From: Candidatus Bipolaricaulia bacterium
Lineage (GTDB): Bacteria > Bipolaricaulota > Bipolaricaulia > JBHIAT01
Assembly (NCBI GenBank): GCA_046758705.1
Contig: JBHIAT010000062.1
Coordinates: 1 to 18,665 of the forward strand
DNA length: 18,665 nucleotides
Reading direction: 5' to 3'
Shown: piece after piece, positions 16,616 to 18,665 of the stretch
How the letters are laid out: each line of letters begins with the position of its first letter
Position numbering within the stretch: position 1 is the first letter of the stretch
The notes under the pieces: generated by a model
Told to the model about the DNA's origin: nothing
Seen by the model: the letters and a program-made list of their open reading frames with translations, nothing else
Databases searched by the model: none
Position numbers and translations under genes: made by a program

Positions 16616-16731
16616 GGTGTCAAATCTCGCTTCACCGTTGTGGGATGGTTTTGAGTTATCTTAATCGCTTTACCCAAGTCTATCTGTATATACTAAAAAA
16701 GAAGAAGGAATTGGGTTTTGGTGATCTTTTC

Positions 16732-17061
16732 ATGGCAATTGTGAAGACAGAACATCCTCATATCATAAAAGTCGAGGAGGTCTGCGGTGGGGTTCCCATC
16801 ATTGAGGGGACTCGTATTTCCGTTTGGGCCATCGTGGGATGGCTGAGGCAAGGTTATTCCCTCCAGTCGATTAAAGAAGAGATTTATCCTCATCTCTCCT
16901 TAGCGCAGCTTCACGATGCAGCCAGTTACTACTACGATCACCAAGGTGCAATTGAGGCCCAACTGCAAGACAACAACCTGAGTGATCAAGAGCTGGAGGA
17001 GCGCCGGGAGCAATGGAAAAGATTGACCCGAAAAGCCGACGACCCGTCAAGCTCCTCTTAG
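16732..17061 (+). CDS. DUF433-family antitoxin (VapB45-like)
   Basis: HPHI...EVCGGVPIIEGTRISVWAI, YPHLSLAQLHDAASYYYDH. Start set to ATG 16732; overlaps the downstream PIN-like gene. Confidence 0.88.
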   Translation: MAIVKTEHPHIIKVEEVCGGVPIIEGTRISVWAIVGWLRQGYSLQSIKEEIYPHLSLAQLHDAASYYYDHQGAIEAQLQDNNLSDQELEERREQWKRLTRKADDPSSSS

Positions 17062-17204
17062 ATGAAAACGTTCATGAACCCTTAGCTGCAGCTCTCCGTC
17101 GTGAAGGATTTGATGCGATCACGGCAAAGGAAGCGGGACAGAGAGGTATTCCCGATCTTGAGCTTCTCGAATTCGCTATCTCTGAGAGAGAGCTGTACTC
17201 ATAA
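17013..17204 (+). pseudogene. DUF5615 / VapC45-like PIN toxin, C-terminally truncated at the IS end
   Basis: KLLLDENV..LAAALRREGFDAIT..EAGQRGIPDLELLEFA. Only 63 aa; the stop codon lies inside the IS left inverted repeat and the T-x-N/D-x-x-D-F region is missing. Confidence 0.8.
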
Positions 17205-18542
17205 TTTGCACCACGGGGAAACTAAATTGCAAAGCGGGTTAGCAGGAGTCGCCTCAGAGGAAATGGGCATAGTATCCTTGTTTCAACTCAAAGAGCAACA
17301 ACAGGAGGAATACCATGCCCAAGAATGTCTACCAACGGCTGAAACGGGCCTTCAAAACCCAGCTTTCAGTCTACCGTTGGCGCAGCCTCTTGTCAATGGT
17401 CCTCGGTCTGATGGTCCAAGAGGGTCGGAAAACGCTGACCGAACTGGCTCTGTTGGTCAGCGTCTCGGCTCTGTCCCGCACCTTCACCGCCGACGACTGG
17501 TCCCAGCCAGCCAGTCGCTCTCTCCGCCGCCACCACATCGAAATGGCAATCGTCACGCATCATCTCAACCGTCGCGGCCGTCGGCCGACGATCTACCTGT
17601 TCATCGATGCCACTGTCTTGCCCAAGCGCGGCCAAGAGCTGCCCCAGCTCGGCTGGCACTACGACAGCTGCACCGACTCAGTCACCTGGGGCCAGAAGCT
17701 GGTGATTGCGGCGGTGGGGGTGGGGGTGGGGGAGATCGTTGCCCCCTGGGATTGGCGCAATTACGTCAACAAGCGCTTCGTCAAGGAAGAGGATTTTCGC
17801 AAGCAGACCGAGCTGACGGCGGGGTTGATCCGGGCATTCCAGCCGCCCTATGGGGGGAAGGTCGTCGTCGTGGTCGATTGCAGCCTGTTGGCCGAGCCGG
17901 TGATCGAAGCAGCTATGGGATGTGGTTACGGTCTGGTGAGTTATGTACGTGAGAATCGTCGGTTAGCCGATGGACGCTATGCGCGAGCGGCGGCGACCGG
18001 GGAGGGGGCGTGTTTGAACGGGATGGAGATCCCGCTACAGATCGTGCACATGGTCCGTGGTGGGCGGCACTACACGGTGGTGACCACGCTGACCGAGCTG
18101 GGGGCGATGCCGATCCGACATCACATGAGGCGGCGGGACTGGATCGAGAAGCTGATCAAGGAGCTGAAACAGCGATTTGGACTGGAGGACTGTCAATGCC
18201 GCGGGGAAGGGAGTCTGGAGCGCTGGGTGGAGCTGGTGTGGTTGGCGTATGTGTTAGCCGTGGAGCAGTGCTGGGCGGAGAAGCACAACGGGAGATGGAA
18301 CGGAGCTGATGAGGCGGGGGCGGGCGTGACGTCGTGGTGGACAAGCCAACGGGGGATCGGACACGCGGTGATGTGGGGGATGAAGCGAGACGGGCTGGGA
18401 TTACGGGTCAGACGGAGGTTGAGCCACTATCTGAAGGCGGAAGCGTCCTGGTTGGAACCTTTGTTGGACGGGCAGATGAAGCAAGGGCAGGGGGGGCTGA
18501 TGCCGGTATGAAGCGGGTTACGATTAGGTGCAAAAAGTGAGT
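17197..18542 (+). mobile_element. Insertion sequence, IS701/IS4-like, about 1.35 kb
   Basis: Imperfect TIRs ACTCATAATTTGCACC (17197-17212) and GGTGCAAAAAGTGAGT (18527-18542), 13/16 match, enclosing one DDE transposase. No target duplication visible. Confidence 0.75.
17315..18511 (+). CDS. DDE transposase (IS701/IS4 superfamily)
   Basis: LFIDATVLPK (D), VVVVDCS (D), RRRDWIEKLIKELKQRFGLEDCQCR (E, YREK-like signature). SD AGGAGG. Confidence 0.88.
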   Translation: MPKNVYQRLKRAFKTQLSVYRWRSLLSMVLGLMVQEGRKTLTELALLVSVSALSRTFTADDWSQPASRSLRRHHIEMAIVTHHLNRRGRRPTIYLFIDATVLPKRGQELPQLGWHYDSCTDSVTWGQKLVIAAVGVGVGEIVAPWDWRNYVNKRFVKEEDFRKQTELTAGLIRAFQPPYGGKVVVVVDCSLLAEPVIEAAMGCGYGLVSYVRENRRLADGRYARAAATGEGACLNGMEIPLQIVHMVRGGRHYTVVTTLTELGAMPIRHHMRRRDWIEKLIKELKQRFGLEDCQCRGEGSLERWVELVWLAYVLAVEQCWAEKHNGRWNGADEAGAGVTSWWTSQRGIGHAVMWGMKRDGLGLRVRRRLSHYLKAEASWLEPLLDGQMKQGQGGLMPV

Positions 18543-18592
18543 TTGAATAATGAGCCGAGAGCAACTGGGGAAAGAGAAACCCGACCTACCTT

Positions 18593-18664
18593 TTACGAGA
18601 GCCCAAGGGATTCCTGACCAAAGATATCACTGACCTTGTCAATGGTAATGGCATACTTGGCCAA
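18593..18664 (-). CDS. Possible 3' end of a gene entering from the right edge (...LAKYAITIDKVSDIFGQESLGLS*)
   Basis: Open frame from the window edge to TAA at 18595-18593; too short to identify. Confidence 0.3.
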   Translation of the reverse strand: MAKYAITIDKVSDIFGQESLGLS

Positions 18665-18665
18665 T

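Noticed and set aside
16548-16680. T-box, fluoride riboswitch or hammerhead assignment for the TGATGA-containing element
   Set aside because: No TGGnACC T-box bulge or downstream terminator, no crcB pseudoknot pattern, and no CUGAUGA...GAAA core.
16606-16731. N-terminal extensions in the ORF track (DUF433 from 16606, regulator from 15454, oppC from 7296, hypD from 3278)
   Set aside because: They overlap promoters, structured elements or upstream genes. The downstream starts fit the domain boundaries, and for oppC and hypD also the SD placement.
17710-17732. G-rich run GGCGGTGGGGGTGGGGGTGGGGG as a G-quadruplex or phase-variable tract
   Set aside because: It encodes AVGVGVG in frame within a G-rich transposase. 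There may be a one-unit slippage, but there is no evidence of function.
17101-17952. 283-aa plus ORF spanning the toxin and transposase
   Set aside because: Alternative frame crossing the IS boundary, with low-complexity Arg/Pro/Gly content and no family signature.
1-18665. CRISPR array, rRNA or tRNA genes
   Set aside because: No regularly spaced repeat-spacer units and no recognisable stable RNA genes were seen.

Overview
A bacterial window dominated by one co-directional minus-strand catabolic cluster of about 15.3 kb with 12 genes. In transcription order these are hydantoinase/oxoprolinase A and B (an ATP-dependent lactamase), a DUF3830-type cyclophilin-fold protein, an Xaa-Pro peptidase (M24B), a complete Opp/Dpp ABC importer (A-B-C-D-F), a glycyl-radical activating enzyme, a HypD-type trans-4-hydroxy-L-proline dehydratase and a TatD-family hydrolase. 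The combination suggests an anaerobic pathway I do not recognise as described, for importing and ring-opening cyclic or lactam-blocked Pro/Hyp peptides (e.g. collagen-derived diketopiperazines); the substrate is inference. A divergent SARP/BTAD regulator appears internally collapsed by two in-frame deletions, and 22-bp-spaced direct repeats lie in the shared promoter region. Further right are an intergenic region with an orphan minus-strand terminator and a candidate structured RNA, a DUF433/DUF5615 toxin-antitoxin pair with a truncated toxin, and an IS701/IS4-like element with imperfect terminal inverted repeats. All family calls come from recalled motifs; no database searches were run.
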